Below, piece after piece: positions 27,982-37,358 of a stretch of 64,000 nt of DNA. The translations under genes were made by a program, and so were the position numbers. The stretch is from Rhodospirillaceae bacterium (GTDB taxonomy: Bacteria > Pseudomonadota > Alphaproteobacteria > Rhodospirillales > Casp-alpha2), in the NCBI GenBank assembly GCA_002686255.1, contig NZAZ01000108.1, forward strand, positions 3,336-67,335, read 5' to 3'. A model generated the notes under the pieces. It did no database searches. It had not been told where the DNA came from and saw only the letters and a list, made by a program, of their open reading frames with translations. Within the stretch, counting starts at the first letter, position 1, and each line of letters begins with the position of its first letter.

Positions 27982-28500
27982 ATGAAACGTACGTTATCCA
28001 TCCTTTTCACGGCGGTTCTTTTTATCGGTCCCGGTGCGTCCCAGGCGGCGGAAGAATGGGGCATCGACGGAGAAAAGAAGGCCCGCTTCGAAGCCAAGGT
28101 CGTTGACATCCTTTGCGAACTGACGGGCGATTGCCCGGCCGATTGCGGTTCCGGCAAGCGGCAGTTGGGGTTGCTTAGGGACGACGGCACGCTGGTCCTG
28201 GCGGTAAAGAATTTCGATATTTTCGCCGGCGCCGCCGATGACCTGAAAGGTTTCTGCAACAAGAGGATCGTCGCCGACGGATTGCTGATCAACAATCCGA
28301 AGATGCCTTTGTTCGCCCTGCAATTTAAAAAGCTCGCCCCTGACGGCAAGTGGAGCCGCGCCAACCAGTTCGGCAAGGACTGGTCGAAGGCCAACGGCGG
28401 CAAGAAGGCCGGCCAGTGGTTCAAGAACGACCCCAGGATCAAAAAGGTGATCGCCGAGAAAGGCGTGTTCGGCATTCCGGGCCTGAAGCCGAAAGAATAA
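27982..28500 (+). CDS. Secreted hypothetical protein (Cys-containing)
   Basis: 172 aa. Signal MKRTLSILFTAVLFIGPGASQA. ILCELTGDCPADCGSG motif. Starts 3 nt after the previous gene. Confidence 0.65.
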   Translation: MKRTLSILFTAVLFIGPGASQAAEEWGIDGEKKARFEAKVVDILCELTGDCPADCGSGKRQLGLLRDDGTLVLAVKNFDIFAGAADDLKGFCNKRIVADGLLINNPKMPLFALQFKKLAPDGKWSRANQFGKDWSKANGGKKAGQWFKNDPRIKKVIAEKGVFGIPGLKPKE

Positions 28501-28839
28501 CCATGGCGCCGTTTGCCGTTGGCGGACCCGGGTTCAGGGGCCGGTTTTTAGGGGCGTCCGGCGCCGGGCCAAACTGGTAACAGGCTGACCACCGATTCCA
28601 TGACCTAGACGGTCGATTCCCCGGCCACTGAGGGCCACGGGGTGACGGCAGCCACAGCCAGGACAATCGCCGCCGCGAAGGCTGGAGTCCTTCGGTTGAT
28701 GGTCCGGATACGGCGTTGCATAACTAATTAAGACTCCCAGTGTACGGGTTAGGATTAACCGCTTTTCGGCCAAGACGCAAAGCCGGTCGCGGTATATATG
28801 TATGAGGCCAAGAGTTTCGAATAAAAGGTAATCCCAAAA

Positions 28840-29853
28840 GTGTCCGTTTCCGATTTCCCCCGCGTTTCCCTGGCCCATACGCCGACCCCGTTGGAGACCA
28901 TGCCCAATCTGACCCGTTTGTTGGGCGGGCCCGATTTGCTGGTCAAGCGCGACGACTGTACCGGCCTGGCCATGGGCGGCAACAAGGCGCGTCAGTTGGA
29001 ATTCTATTTCGGCGAAGCGGTGGCGCAAAAGGCGGACACAGTCATCATCACCGGCGCCATCCAGTCCAACTTCGCGCGCCAGACGGCCGCCGCCGCGGCC
29101 AAGCTTGGTATGGCTTGTCATATCCAGCTTGAACACCGGGTGCCGACGATGGCGCCCGAATACGAAGCGTCCGGCAACGTTCTGCTGGACCGGCTGTTGG
29201 GCGCGGCCATCCATTACTTCCCCGAAGGCGAGGACGAAACCGCCGCCGACAAGGCGTTGGACAATATCGCCGATCAGGTCCGTGCCGAAGGGGGCAACCC
29301 TTATGTCATTCACCTGTTGGCGGATTATCCGCCCCTGGGCGCGCTGGGCTACGTGGTCGGAGCCGGAGAATTCCTCGATCAGGCCGCCGAACGGGGCCTT
29401 GCCATCGATGCCGTGGTGCTGCCGTCCGGCAGCGCCGCCACCCATGCCGGCGTTCTGGTGGGATTGAAAAGCCGCAACAGCGATATCGAGGTTACAGGCG
29501 TTTGCGTCAGGCGAAACAAGGATCAGCAGTTCGAAAGGGTGTTTCGCCAAGCCACCGTCGCCGCCGAGATGGTCGGCTGCCCGGACGCCGTTTCCAAGGA
29601 CGACATCCACGTTACCGACGACTACTTGGGTCCCGGCTACGGCCAATCGACGCCCGAGATGCTGGAGGCGATGACACTGGCGGCCCGCGAAGAAGGGCTG
29701 ATTCTGGACCCGGTCTATACCGGCAAATCCATGGCCGGCCTGATCGGGTTGGTGCGTTCGGGCCGTTTCAAGTCCGGGCAGACCGTTCTTTACCTGCATA
29801 CGGGCGGCACCCCGGCGGTTTTCGGGTATAGCTCGATGTTCGGGGACTTATGA
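28840..29853 (+). CDS. PLP-dependent D-cysteine desulfhydrase / ACC deaminase family protein
   Basis: 337 aa, GTG start. TPLE...LLVKRDDCTGLAMGGNKARQLEF (PLP Lys) and LHTGGTPA C-terminal motif. Confidence 0.85.
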   Translation: MSVSDFPRVSLAHTPTPLETMPNLTRLLGGPDLLVKRDDCTGLAMGGNKARQLEFYFGEAVAQKADTVIITGAIQSNFARQTAAAAAKLGMACHIQLEHRVPTMAPEYEASGNVLLDRLLGAAIHYFPEGEDETAADKALDNIADQVRAEGGNPYVIHLLADYPPLGALGYVVGAGEFLDQAAERGLAIDAVVLPSGSAATHAGVLVGLKSRNSDIEVTGVCVRRNKDQQFERVFRQATVAAEMVGCPDAVSKDDIHVTDDYLGPGYGQSTPEMLEAMTLAAREEGLILDPVYTGKSMAGLIGLVRSGRFKSGQTVLYLHTGGTPAVFGYSSMFGDL

Positions 29854-30209
29854 AATTTCCGCGCACCATCCGGCTCGACATTCACGACGCCAACGCCTTT
29901 CCGCTGGCCGCCGAACCCGAGGAATGGGCGGTGACGGGAACCTTCGCCTTCGCCGACGCCGATCCGGCGGCGATGACGGGCAAGGAACAGTTGGCGTTTA
30001 AAAACGGCTGGCTCGGCACCGAAAACTTCGGCCGGTCGACCTTCGTTCAGGTATCGGTGATCCCGGACGAACAATTCAAAGCCGTGGTGCGAAACCTGGC
30101 GGCCCATCTGCACGAAAACTACGGCGCGCCGGACATGTTGGCCGCCGTCGAAGCGGCCCGCGGCGCGCAGAAAACAGGGGAATTTTCGCGCAAACGGCTC
30201 ATGGTTTAG
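29850..30209 (+). CDS. Left (N-terminal) copy of a split conserved hypothetical gene, with a truncated, replaced C-terminus
   Basis: 119 aa, ATGA-coupled to the PLP gene. Residues ~24-105 are near-identical to ORF 43719-44162. The sequence diverges after AAVEAARG and stops 14 codons later. Confidence 0.6.
   Translation: MKFPRTIRLDIHDANAFPLAAEPEEWAVTGTFAFADADPAAMTGKEQLAFKNGWLGTENFGRSTFVQVSVIPDEQFKAVVRNLAAHLHENYGAPDMLAAVEAARGAQKTGEFSRKRLMV
29919..30165. repeat. 247-bp direct repeat, left copy (partner 43752-43998)
   Basis: Aligned by eye base for base. About 15 mismatches, no indels. Confidence 0.9.
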
Positions 30210-30243
30210 CCGCCACGTCACCGAATTCGTTTCAACTAGCGTT

Positions 30244-30474
30244 CTATATTTTGCCCTGGATGCGTTCGAGCCGATCGAGAAGATTCCGGTTCGGGCAGAC
30301 GAAATAACGGCTCTCCACGTCCTCGTCGCAGGTGCAATACATCTCGCACATGCGGCACTTCGCCATCGCATCTTCCATCATCTCCGGCATCGACTCGAAA
30401 CTGCGCTCGATATCGAGATTTAAATACCCGATCATTTTCTCCAGCGGATAGGGCATCGCCAATTGCGCAACCAT
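30244..30474 (-). CDS. Small Cys-rich hypothetical protein
   Basis: 76 aa with CRMCEMYCTCDED...FVCP. Last gene of the minus-strand block. Confidence 0.5.
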   Translation of the reverse strand: MVAQLAMPYPLEKMIGYLNLDIERSFESMPEMMEDAMAKCRMCEMYCTCDEDVESRYFVCPNRNLLDRLERIQGKI

Positions 30475-30571
30475 CGACTCTCCCCTTCATAAACACGCGC
30501 ATTATACCACAATTTTTTTATGGTTATAATCTTGGACCATTGTGGCGTATAGGGCCCCCTTCGCCCCGGGG

Positions 30572-32836
30572 CTAGTTAAAGGATTCGGCCCGCGCCATCA
30601 ACTCGTCGAGGTTCGGCTCATCCGGGTTTATCGGCTTGCCCGGATGGATGATGGCGACCTGGCAGATCTCGGCCGCTTCTACCAACTGGCGAAAGGTTCC
30701 CGCGTCCGGGTCGGCGATATACGCCTGGTCGTTGTCGTCGTAGACGAACATCTTGTTGTTGATGTCGGTACACTCGTTGCAGGTCGTGCAACGGGGCGTT
30801 TCGATGTAGGGCTCGCCCGCGGGTATTTCCGGCGCCTCTGCGATTTCCGGCATCGTCTCTTCCTTCGCCTTCGCTTCTGCCGGGACCGGTGGGGCCGGCT
30901 CTTCGGTCTCCAGTTGGGGACGGACCGTCAATGCCGCCAGTTCCCGCTCCTTCTCCTCAACCCAAATTTCTTTCTCCTTTGCCAGGAGTTTCGTGGCGTG
31001 GGAGTTGTTGATCCCGCCCAGTTCCTGCAGGCTCCGCCACATCTCACGGCACCGGCGCGTCGCCTGGACCAGCTTGTCCTCAACGATGACCCTGTGAAGA
31101 ACGTTGTTGTCGTCGACCATCCGGATGTAGGGGATTCTTTCCGCCTGGGCCCCGGTTTCCAGGTCCAGAAACGCATTCACCGGAACCATGCCGTCGTGCC
31201 ACTTTGACCTGGGAACTGTTGCAAGGCTTTCCGCGAAGCGGCCGTCGGCGGCCACGAAATCGACGAAGGTAAAGGCGATATCCTCCGATATCTTCTGAAG
31301 GTCCTCGTCTTCGTAGCAAAAGCGATGGATCGGCCAATCGGCTTCTGCTTGGGGATTACCGGTGACCGAGAACCGCGATTCCCAATCGCTTCCCAGGGCA
31401 GGGTCGTACACGAAAGCCGGAAAAGCTCGCGACTCCATCGCCGCCGCCGCCCTGAGATACGGCGACACGTCGGGCGCGTTCTTGGCTGAACCCAAGGCGT
31501 TCCCCGCCAAGCCTGAAAATATGCTGAACAGCGCCGGCCCGTTCTCAGCCAGTCCATTCAGGATCGACTCTCTCAGCCGATAGAGACCGCAGCCGCCCGA
31601 TTGCAGGACGAAGGCGTTGTTGAAGCCAAGCGCCGTCGCTGCAAGCTGCGTACCCCTGATGCCAAAGGAGAATTGCCCAGACGAAATCGACAATTTCTCG
31701 AGAATGTCGTCGTTCTGGACCAGAACCTTGATCGGCAGGCCCGACGAAAGGACCTTCATGAGCGTCGCCTTTTCCGCTATGTCATCGAGGCGGTCCCCGA
31801 GGCAGACCAGATATGACGGGAACAATGCCAAATCGTCCGGCTCCAGAAATCTTTCATCAAACCGGCGGAAGAACGGGTCGTGGGCCGACTCCCTGTATCG
31901 GTTCTCGATCTCCAACTCGGCGATGGATATGGCTTTGATAAGCTCGATCATCTCGGGCAGCCGTTCCTGGAAAGCCTCCAACGCACGCGTACAGCGGTCG
32001 AAAACGAAGATGTGGGGGTCTTTACGCCGCCTCTTTTTCCCGTGTCGTCTTGCCGGCGCAAAAAACCGCTGCGATTCGAGAACTGACAAAGCGGAGCGGA
32101 TTCTTCGCTGCCGTTTTTCCGGCATCGCGCCGTCTTCGATGGCCGTTCCGAGGAGTCCCGACATCACCTCGAAATCGAAAGCGGCCTCATAAGCGGAACC
32201 GACCGAGCGTTTGAGGGCTTCGGCACTCCGCCCCCCCCCGGACTTCATGGAGTCGGTCTTCAGGATGTCCGAAAGCTTCAGGGTTAACCCGTTGACCTGA
32301 TCGAGGAATTTGCGCGCCTTGGCTTTCTGGACCACGGTCCAGGCATGGGTCAGGACCTTGGCCGGCGTTTCCTTGTCACAGTCGATGACTTCACCGTCGA
32401 ACCGGAGGATGCCGCGGGCGCGGCTCAGGCTTTCGCTGAGCGATTTCCGCCCCTCGTCATCGGTTCTGGAAAGCAGGTTGGTCTCCGCCAAGTCCCAAAG
32501 CTGCAAAAGGGTTCCCCGGCGGCCGCGGGAGGCGAGAGAACGGATTTCCCCTTCGAGCCCAAGTATATGCTTGCGGACGCGCTCGCCCTTGATTCCCGGG
32601 GGAGCTATTTCCTTGAGGGCGCCGTCGATGATATCCGAAAACGAGCGCACAAAAGAACTGCCGCCATCATCGTCGACCAACACCAAAGGATAATCGTAAC
32701 GCAGCGTCGATAAATCCCGGTAGGCGCTGAACAGGGCCGGGCGAAGGCCCAGTTGTCTGACGCCGGCCATATTCTTGCCGGGCCTTTTCCCGGTCAGATG
32801 AAAAGTGGAAAAATGTGAAGGGGTTTCATTCATCAC
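30572..32836 (-). CDS. Large uncharacterised protein with a C-terminal single-cluster ferredoxin-like domain
   Basis: 754 aa. The last ~75 aa read PYIETPRCTTCNECTDINNKMFVYDDNDQAYIADPDAGTFRQLVEAAEICQVAIIHPG (CxxCxxC...C). The first ~620 aa have no family I recognise. 46 nt downstream of korB. Confidence 0.7.
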   Translation of the reverse strand: MMNETPSHFSTFHLTGKRPGKNMAGVRQLGLRPALFSAYRDLSTLRYDYPLVLVDDDGGSSFVRSFSDIIDGALKEIAPPGIKGERVRKHILGLEGEIRSLASRGRRGTLLQLWDLAETNLLSRTDDEGRKSLSESLSRARGILRFDGEVIDCDKETPAKVLTHAWTVVQKAKARKFLDQVNGLTLKLSDILKTDSMKSGGGRSAEALKRSVGSAYEAAFDFEVMSGLLGTAIEDGAMPEKRQRRIRSALSVLESQRFFAPARRHGKKRRRKDPHIFVFDRCTRALEAFQERLPEMIELIKAISIAELEIENRYRESAHDPFFRRFDERFLEPDDLALFPSYLVCLGDRLDDIAEKATLMKVLSSGLPIKVLVQNDDILEKLSISSGQFSFGIRGTQLAATALGFNNAFVLQSGGCGLYRLRESILNGLAENGPALFSIFSGLAGNALGSAKNAPDVSPYLRAAAAMESRAFPAFVYDPALGSDWESRFSVTGNPQAEADWPIHRFCYEDEDLQKISEDIAFTFVDFVAADGRFAESLATVPRSKWHDGMVPVNAFLDLETGAQAERIPYIRMVDDNNVLHRVIVEDKLVQATRRCREMWRSLQELGGINNSHATKLLAKEKEIWVEEKERELAALTVRPQLETEEPAPPVPAEAKAKEETMPEIAEAPEIPAGEPYIETPRCTTCNECTDINNKMFVYDDNDQAYIADPDAGTFRQLVEAAEICQVAIIHPGKPINPDEPNLDELMARAESFN

Positions 32837-32882
32837 ATGACCCTGTCCGCATTCTGTGGATCAATCTAAGTGCTCTTTCGCC

Positions 32883-33857
32883 TCACCCCGCGGGGTGGAT
32901 CGTGAACTTGTCAAATTCCTTTTCCAGGACGGCCTTGACCACGTCCGGGGTATACAACCGGTCGGGTTTTCTGAGGTCCTCGTAACAGGACATATCGGGA
33001 TTCCGATAAAGAACGCCGACGGGCATCGGGTCGTAGGTCGACGCGATCTCCCGGGCCCGGTTTCTGTTGGAGGGGTCGTGCTCCTCTTGATTGCGGTAGA
33101 TGCTCGAAAGATTCGAACCGATCTTAACGCCGTCCTGGTGATGGAGCAGTAGCATCCGGTCAGGATCCTGCACCCATTCGTCGAACCGGTGATCCAGATA
33201 TTCAGGACACCTTTGAAGCACCCGCACGAAAGAGAAGCCCTTGTGATGAAACGCCTCGGCGATGATGTCGTGCAGCATCTCCGGAATCCAATCCACCGCC
33301 TGAGCGACGAACGAAGCGTTCCGGATACCCAGGGTGACGCTCACTGGGTTAATGGGCTCCAGGTGCGCGCCTCGGGGCGTCGTGTTGCTCTTCAGGCCCT
33401 GTGGCGACGTGGGAGACGCCTGATTCTTGGTCAGACCGTAGATCCCGTTGTCGTGCATCAAGACGGTCATGTTCATGTTGTAGCGGATGGCGTGAATCCA
33501 GTGCGCGGTGCCGATGGAGCAGCAATCGCCGTCGCCGGTGATTACGAAGACGTGGAGATCGGGCCGCCGCAACTTGATCCCCTCGGCGACCGGCAAGGCT
33601 CGGCCGTGAAGGCCGTGAAACCCGTAGGTATGCATGTAGTGCGGGAGCCTGCTGGAGCAGCCGATCCCCGACACGAACACGGTCTTTTCGGGTGGAAGAT
33701 GCTCGTCGCGGCACAGCCGCTGGATGGAAGCGAGGATGGCATTGTCGCCGCACCCGGTGCACCAGCGGGGCACGCCGCCCTTGTAGTCATCGAGGGTGTA
33801 TTCCTCGTCGATCAACTTCAACAGGCATTGGGTGGTCGAAGCGGTCATTGTCCTCAT
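32883..33857 (-). CDS. korB: 2-oxoglutarate (2-oxoacid):ferredoxin oxidoreductase beta subunit, TPP-binding
   Basis: 324 aa. WCTGCGD Cys motif and the GDGDCCSIG TPP/Mg motif. Overlaps the korA stop by 4 nt. Confidence 0.85.
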   Translation of the reverse strand: MRTMTASTTQCLLKLIDEEYTLDDYKGGVPRWCTGCGDNAILASIQRLCRDEHLPPEKTVFVSGIGCSSRLPHYMHTYGFHGLHGRALPVAEGIKLRRPDLHVFVITGDGDCCSIGTAHWIHAIRYNMNMTVLMHDNGIYGLTKNQASPTSPQGLKSNTTPRGAHLEPINPVSVTLGIRNASFVAQAVDWIPEMLHDIIAEAFHHKGFSFVRVLQRCPEYLDHRFDEWVQDPDRMLLLHHQDGVKIGSNLSSIYRNQEEHDPSNRNRAREIASTYDPMPVGVLYRNPDMSCYEDLRKPDRLYTPDVVKAVLEKEFDKFTIHPAG

Positions 33858-35824
33858 CCTTTCGATTGCAGTCTGTCGCGGATAGCGCGGACGATGTTTC
33901 CCGGTTTGATCGGCTCTCCCTTGACCTCGGACCAGCAGTCGACATCGACGAGATACCGCGCCCGCAAGAGCAACGCCAGTTCCGAATAACGGCGATTGTC
34001 CTCGTCAATGATCTCGCGATCGACGCTGTCGGACCAGCTGCCTTCCACCGTCAGGACCTGCACGAACCGCTTCAGGACGTCGCCGATTCCCGGCGCCATG
34101 GGCTGAAGGAACCGGAGATGCAGGGAGGACACCTTTTGACCATCGGCGCGCAGGCGTCCGACGGATTCCTCAATGGCCCCCTTGGTGCCGCCCCAGCCGA
34201 CGACCAACAAGTCGCCTTCGTCGTCACCGAATACCGGCGGCGTCTTTAGTGACTTTTGCAGGGCCACCAGCTTGAGGCTGCGATTCCTGATTCCTTCCTC
34301 ATTGCTGTCGGAGTCGTAAGCAACGCGGCTCATCCGGTCATGGGCTAGCCCGGTCAGGCAGTGCATGCCGTTCGGTTGCCCGGGGATGAACCGGCGGGCG
34401 AGGCCGGTCCGGGCATCCCAATCATAGGGTTTTGCGCCCTTGGGGACCGCGCTCTGGTCAACCGGGGGCGCCAACCACTCCTCGGCGACATGCGGCCGTG
34501 GGAAAGGTTGTTGGGACGAAGCGAGACTGGCATCCGAGAGCACGACGACAACCGTGTTGAAGGTTTCGGCGATCTTGCGCGCCGTGATCATCGAGTAGAA
34601 GCAATCCTCGATATCCGACGCCGCCATGACGACCTTCGGGTTGTCCCCGTGACCACCGAAGCAGGCGAACAGTAGATCCCCTTGCTCCACTTTCGTGGGC
34701 AGGCCGGTGCTTGGACCGCCACGCTGGACGTTCACCACCACCAACGGGATTTCCCCCATCACCGCGAGGCCGATGGTTTCTTGTTTCAGGGCGAACCCGG
34801 GACCGGACGTGATTGTCACTGCGCACTTGCCCGCATAGGACGCCCCGATGGCGAAGGCGCAGGCGGCGATCTCGTCCTCCGCCTGATGCACCATGCCTCC
34901 AACGGAATTGAAGACGTCGCTCAGGTAGTGCGATGCCGACGTCGCCGGGGTGATCGGATACATGGCGCAGACCTCCATGCCCGACGCCATCACGCCGAGG
35001 CCGAGGGCGATATTGCCGTTGACGACGATTTGGGGTTGGCGCAGTTTGGAGGGGGGAATCCTGAACTTAAACTCAAGGTTCGCCTCCGCCCATTCGTGCC
35101 CCGCCTCCAGGAGCGTGACGTTGTCCTTGATGACGCCCGCGCTTTTCTTCTTGAAGACGAAAGCGACCTGGTCCCGGGCTATTTGCAGATCGAGGCTGTA
35201 GAGGCTGCAGAGAATGCCCAGAACGAACATGTTCTTGCCGCGCCAGGGGTCGGCGACGTATTTCAGGCACTCCTGTTCCATTGGGATTTCGTGAACCTTG
35301 TACCCGTCCGCCACAAGCTTATCGACGGTTTCCGCATACGAGGCGGCGATCTCCGGGTCGTCATTGGTTCTCCATTCGCCCTCCAGGAGGATGATGCAAC
35401 CGGGCGCGAGTTCGTCGGTCCAGAAGCGGCTCAACAGAACCTGCTCGTTGAAGGCGACGATGAGGTTAGCCTCATCGCCCCAATTGGTCACGCGATGGGA
35501 TGCCAGGCGAATGCGGTTGCCGCTGGCGCCGGCGATGCTTCGCGCCGGCGGCTGAATTTCGGCGGGTATGATCTCGGCGGTCCAAATGCCGTTTCCCATC
35601 CTGGCCGCGATGGACCCGAACGCCTGGCCACATCGTTGCGCCCCCTCGCCGGAGTCGCTGATGATCTCGATGATGTGCTCGTTCAGCGTGACGGTCGGTT
35701 TGGCGCCCGATGAGGGCCGGCCCCGTCGCTTCGCGTCCGACACCGAACCCTTCTTCGCCTTCTTGGTTGACGAACGGCGTACCGGCTTTTGGCGGGGGTC
35801 TTTTTTAAGGGCCTGTGTGCTCAT
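33854..35824 (-). CDS. korA: 2-oxoglutarate (2-oxoacid):ferredoxin oxidoreductase alpha subunit (fused gamma-alpha type)
   Basis: 656 aa. Lys/Arg-rich ~45-aa N-extension, a gamma-like domain (SGEGAQRCGQ) and an alpha domain (MYPITPATS). Confidence 0.85.
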   Translation of the reverse strand: MSTQALKKDPRQKPVRRSSTKKAKKGSVSDAKRRGRPSSGAKPTVTLNEHIIEIISDSGEGAQRCGQAFGSIAARMGNGIWTAEIIPAEIQPPARSIAGASGNRIRLASHRVTNWGDEANLIVAFNEQVLLSRFWTDELAPGCIILLEGEWRTNDDPEIAASYAETVDKLVADGYKVHEIPMEQECLKYVADPWRGKNMFVLGILCSLYSLDLQIARDQVAFVFKKKSAGVIKDNVTLLEAGHEWAEANLEFKFRIPPSKLRQPQIVVNGNIALGLGVMASGMEVCAMYPITPATSASHYLSDVFNSVGGMVHQAEDEIAACAFAIGASYAGKCAVTITSGPGFALKQETIGLAVMGEIPLVVVNVQRGGPSTGLPTKVEQGDLLFACFGGHGDNPKVVMAASDIEDCFYSMITARKIAETFNTVVVVLSDASLASSQQPFPRPHVAEEWLAPPVDQSAVPKGAKPYDWDARTGLARRFIPGQPNGMHCLTGLAHDRMSRVAYDSDSNEEGIRNRSLKLVALQKSLKTPPVFGDDEGDLLVVGWGGTKGAIEESVGRLRADGQKVSSLHLRFLQPMAPGIGDVLKRFVQVLTVEGSWSDSVDREIIDEDNRRYSELALLLRARYLVDVDCWSEVKGEPIKPGNIVRAIRDRLQSKG

Positions 35825-35846
35825 TCCGGGGTGTGGTCCTTATGGT

Positions 35847-37358
35847 CTATGCGACACGGACGCGGGAGAAATTCTTCTCCTGGGCGTCAATTCCAAAAAG
35901 CGTGTCCACGCCACCCTCTTGTTTGGGGAGATAGACGGCGTCTGTGTCGCGGATGCCGAGGTAGGCCTTCATTCTCCGCGCTGCCTTGCGGCCGGCGCCC
36001 ATCGCCAGGATCACGGTGGCGCCGCCGGTGACGATGTCGCCGCCGGCGTAGACTCCGGCCATGGAGGTGGCGAGCGTGTCGTCGGTCTCGATGTAGCCCC
36101 TTTCGTTGAGCTTCAGCTTCGAGGTCTGGCCGATAATCGGGTTGGCGTTGGTGCCGATGGCGTAGATGACCATATCGGCCTCGAACTCATACTCGCTGCC
36201 ATCGATGGGGACCGGGCGCCGCCGGCCCGAGTCATCGGGTTCGCCCAGCTCCATGCGGATGCAGCGCATGCCGCGGACGTTGTTGTCGTCGTCGCCAAAA
36301 ATTTCGACCGGCGCCGTCAGCCAGTGGAACTCGATTCCCTCCTCCTCGGCGTGGTCGATCTCCTCGGCCCGGGCCGGGCTTTCGGTCTTGGTGCGCCGGT
36401 AGACGCAGTGGACGTTCTCGGCCCCCAACCGCAGGCACACCCGCATGGCATCCATGGCCGTGTTGCCGGCACCGATCACGGCGACCCTTTGGCCCAGATG
36501 CAAGGGGGTGTCGTAGTCGGGGAATTCGCCGGCGTGCATGAGATTGCAGCGGGTCAGGAGCTCATTCGCCGAAAGCACCCCGTTGAGCGATTCACCGGGT
36601 ATGCCCATGAAGCTCGGGTAACCGGCGCCGCTGCCGACGAAGACCGCGTCGAAGCCCATCTCATCGAGCATCTGTTCAAGAGTGAATAGGCGCCCGACCA
36701 GTGTATTGCATTTTATTTTGACGCCCAGCCTGGTCAGGGCATCGACCTCGGCATCGATGACCTCGTTGGGGAGGCGAAATTCGGGGATGCCGTACCTGAG
36801 CACGCCGCCCGGCTTGTGGAAGGCCTCGTAGACGGTGACGTCGCATCCCGCCTTGGCCATGTCCGCCGCGCAGGCGATTCCGGCGGGCCCCGACCCGACG
36901 ACACCGATCCGAAAGCCGTTGGGCTCGATATAGGGGACGTTGCTCCAACCTTCCTTGATCGCCAGGTCGCCGAGCCATCGCTCGAGCCTGCCGATGGCCA
37001 CCGGCTCCAGCGTGTCGCCGACGGGGCAGACGCCCTCGCACTGGTCCTCCTGAGGACAGACACGGCCGCAGATGGCCGGCAACAGGTTGGAATCGGTAAG
37101 AACATCGTACGCGCCCCGGTAATCCTTCTCGATGATCCTGGCGATGAAGCCCGGGATGTCGATGCCGACGGGACAGCCGGGAATGCAGGCGGCCTCGGGG
37201 CACATGAGGCAGCGTTCGCACTCGTTGAGCGCGTCCTCCAGCCCGTAGCCGAGCGCGACCTCGGCGAAGTTCTTCACCCGCGCCTCGGGATTCTGCAGCG
37301 GGATCGGCGTTCGCTCCTGGGGAATGGTGCGTATGGTCTTCTTCTTCTTTTTCTCCAT
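35847..37358 (-). CDS. GltD/NfnB/SudA-like NAD(P)H-dependent FAD, 2x[4Fe-4S] oxidoreductase
   Basis: Start moved to ATG 37358 (MEKKKKKTIRTIPQ...). CLMCPEAACIPGCP and CGRVCPQEDQCEGVC clusters, GSGPAGIACA and GAGNTAMD dinucleotide folds. Its ATG overlaps the upstream TGA. Confidence 0.8.
   Translation of the reverse strand: MEKKKKKTIRTIPQERTPIPLQNPEARVKNFAEVALGYGLEDALNECERCLMCPEAACIPGCPVGIDIPGFIARIIEKDYRGAYDVLTDSNLLPAICGRVCPQEDQCEGVCPVGDTLEPVAIGRLERWLGDLAIKEGWSNVPYIEPNGFRIGVVGSGPAGIACAADMAKAGCDVTVYEAFHKPGGVLRYGIPEFRLPNEVIDAEVDALTRLGVKIKCNTLVGRLFTLEQMLDEMGFDAVFVGSGAGYPSFMGIPGESLNGVLSANELLTRCNLMHAGEFPDYDTPLHLGQRVAVIGAGNTAMDAMRVCLRLGAENVHCVYRRTKTESPARAEEIDHAEEEGIEFHWLTAPVEIFGDDDNNVRGMRCIRMELGEPDDSGRRRPVPIDGSEYEFEADMVIYAIGTNANPIIGQTSKLKLNERGYIETDDTLATSMAGVYAGGDIVTGGATVILAMGAGRKAARRMKAYLGIRDTDAVYLPKQEGGVDTLFGIDAQEKNFSRVRVA

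Noticed and set aside
28540-28675. Possible cobalamin riboswitch upstream of the PLP enzyme gene. Motifs seen are GCCACTG (28624-28630), AGCCAGGACAATCGCC resembling the B12 box (28656-28671), and AGGGGCGTCCGGCG / CCAAACTGGTAAC further upstream.
   Set aside because: Only the 5' half of the B12 box matches (roughly 12 of 16 positions), and I could not build the full multi-stem fold by eye. The downstream gene has no obvious B12 link and lies about 170 nt away. The question is unresolved. A cmsearch with Rfam RF00174 would settle it: a hit above the gathering threshold supports a riboswitch, and no hit refutes it.
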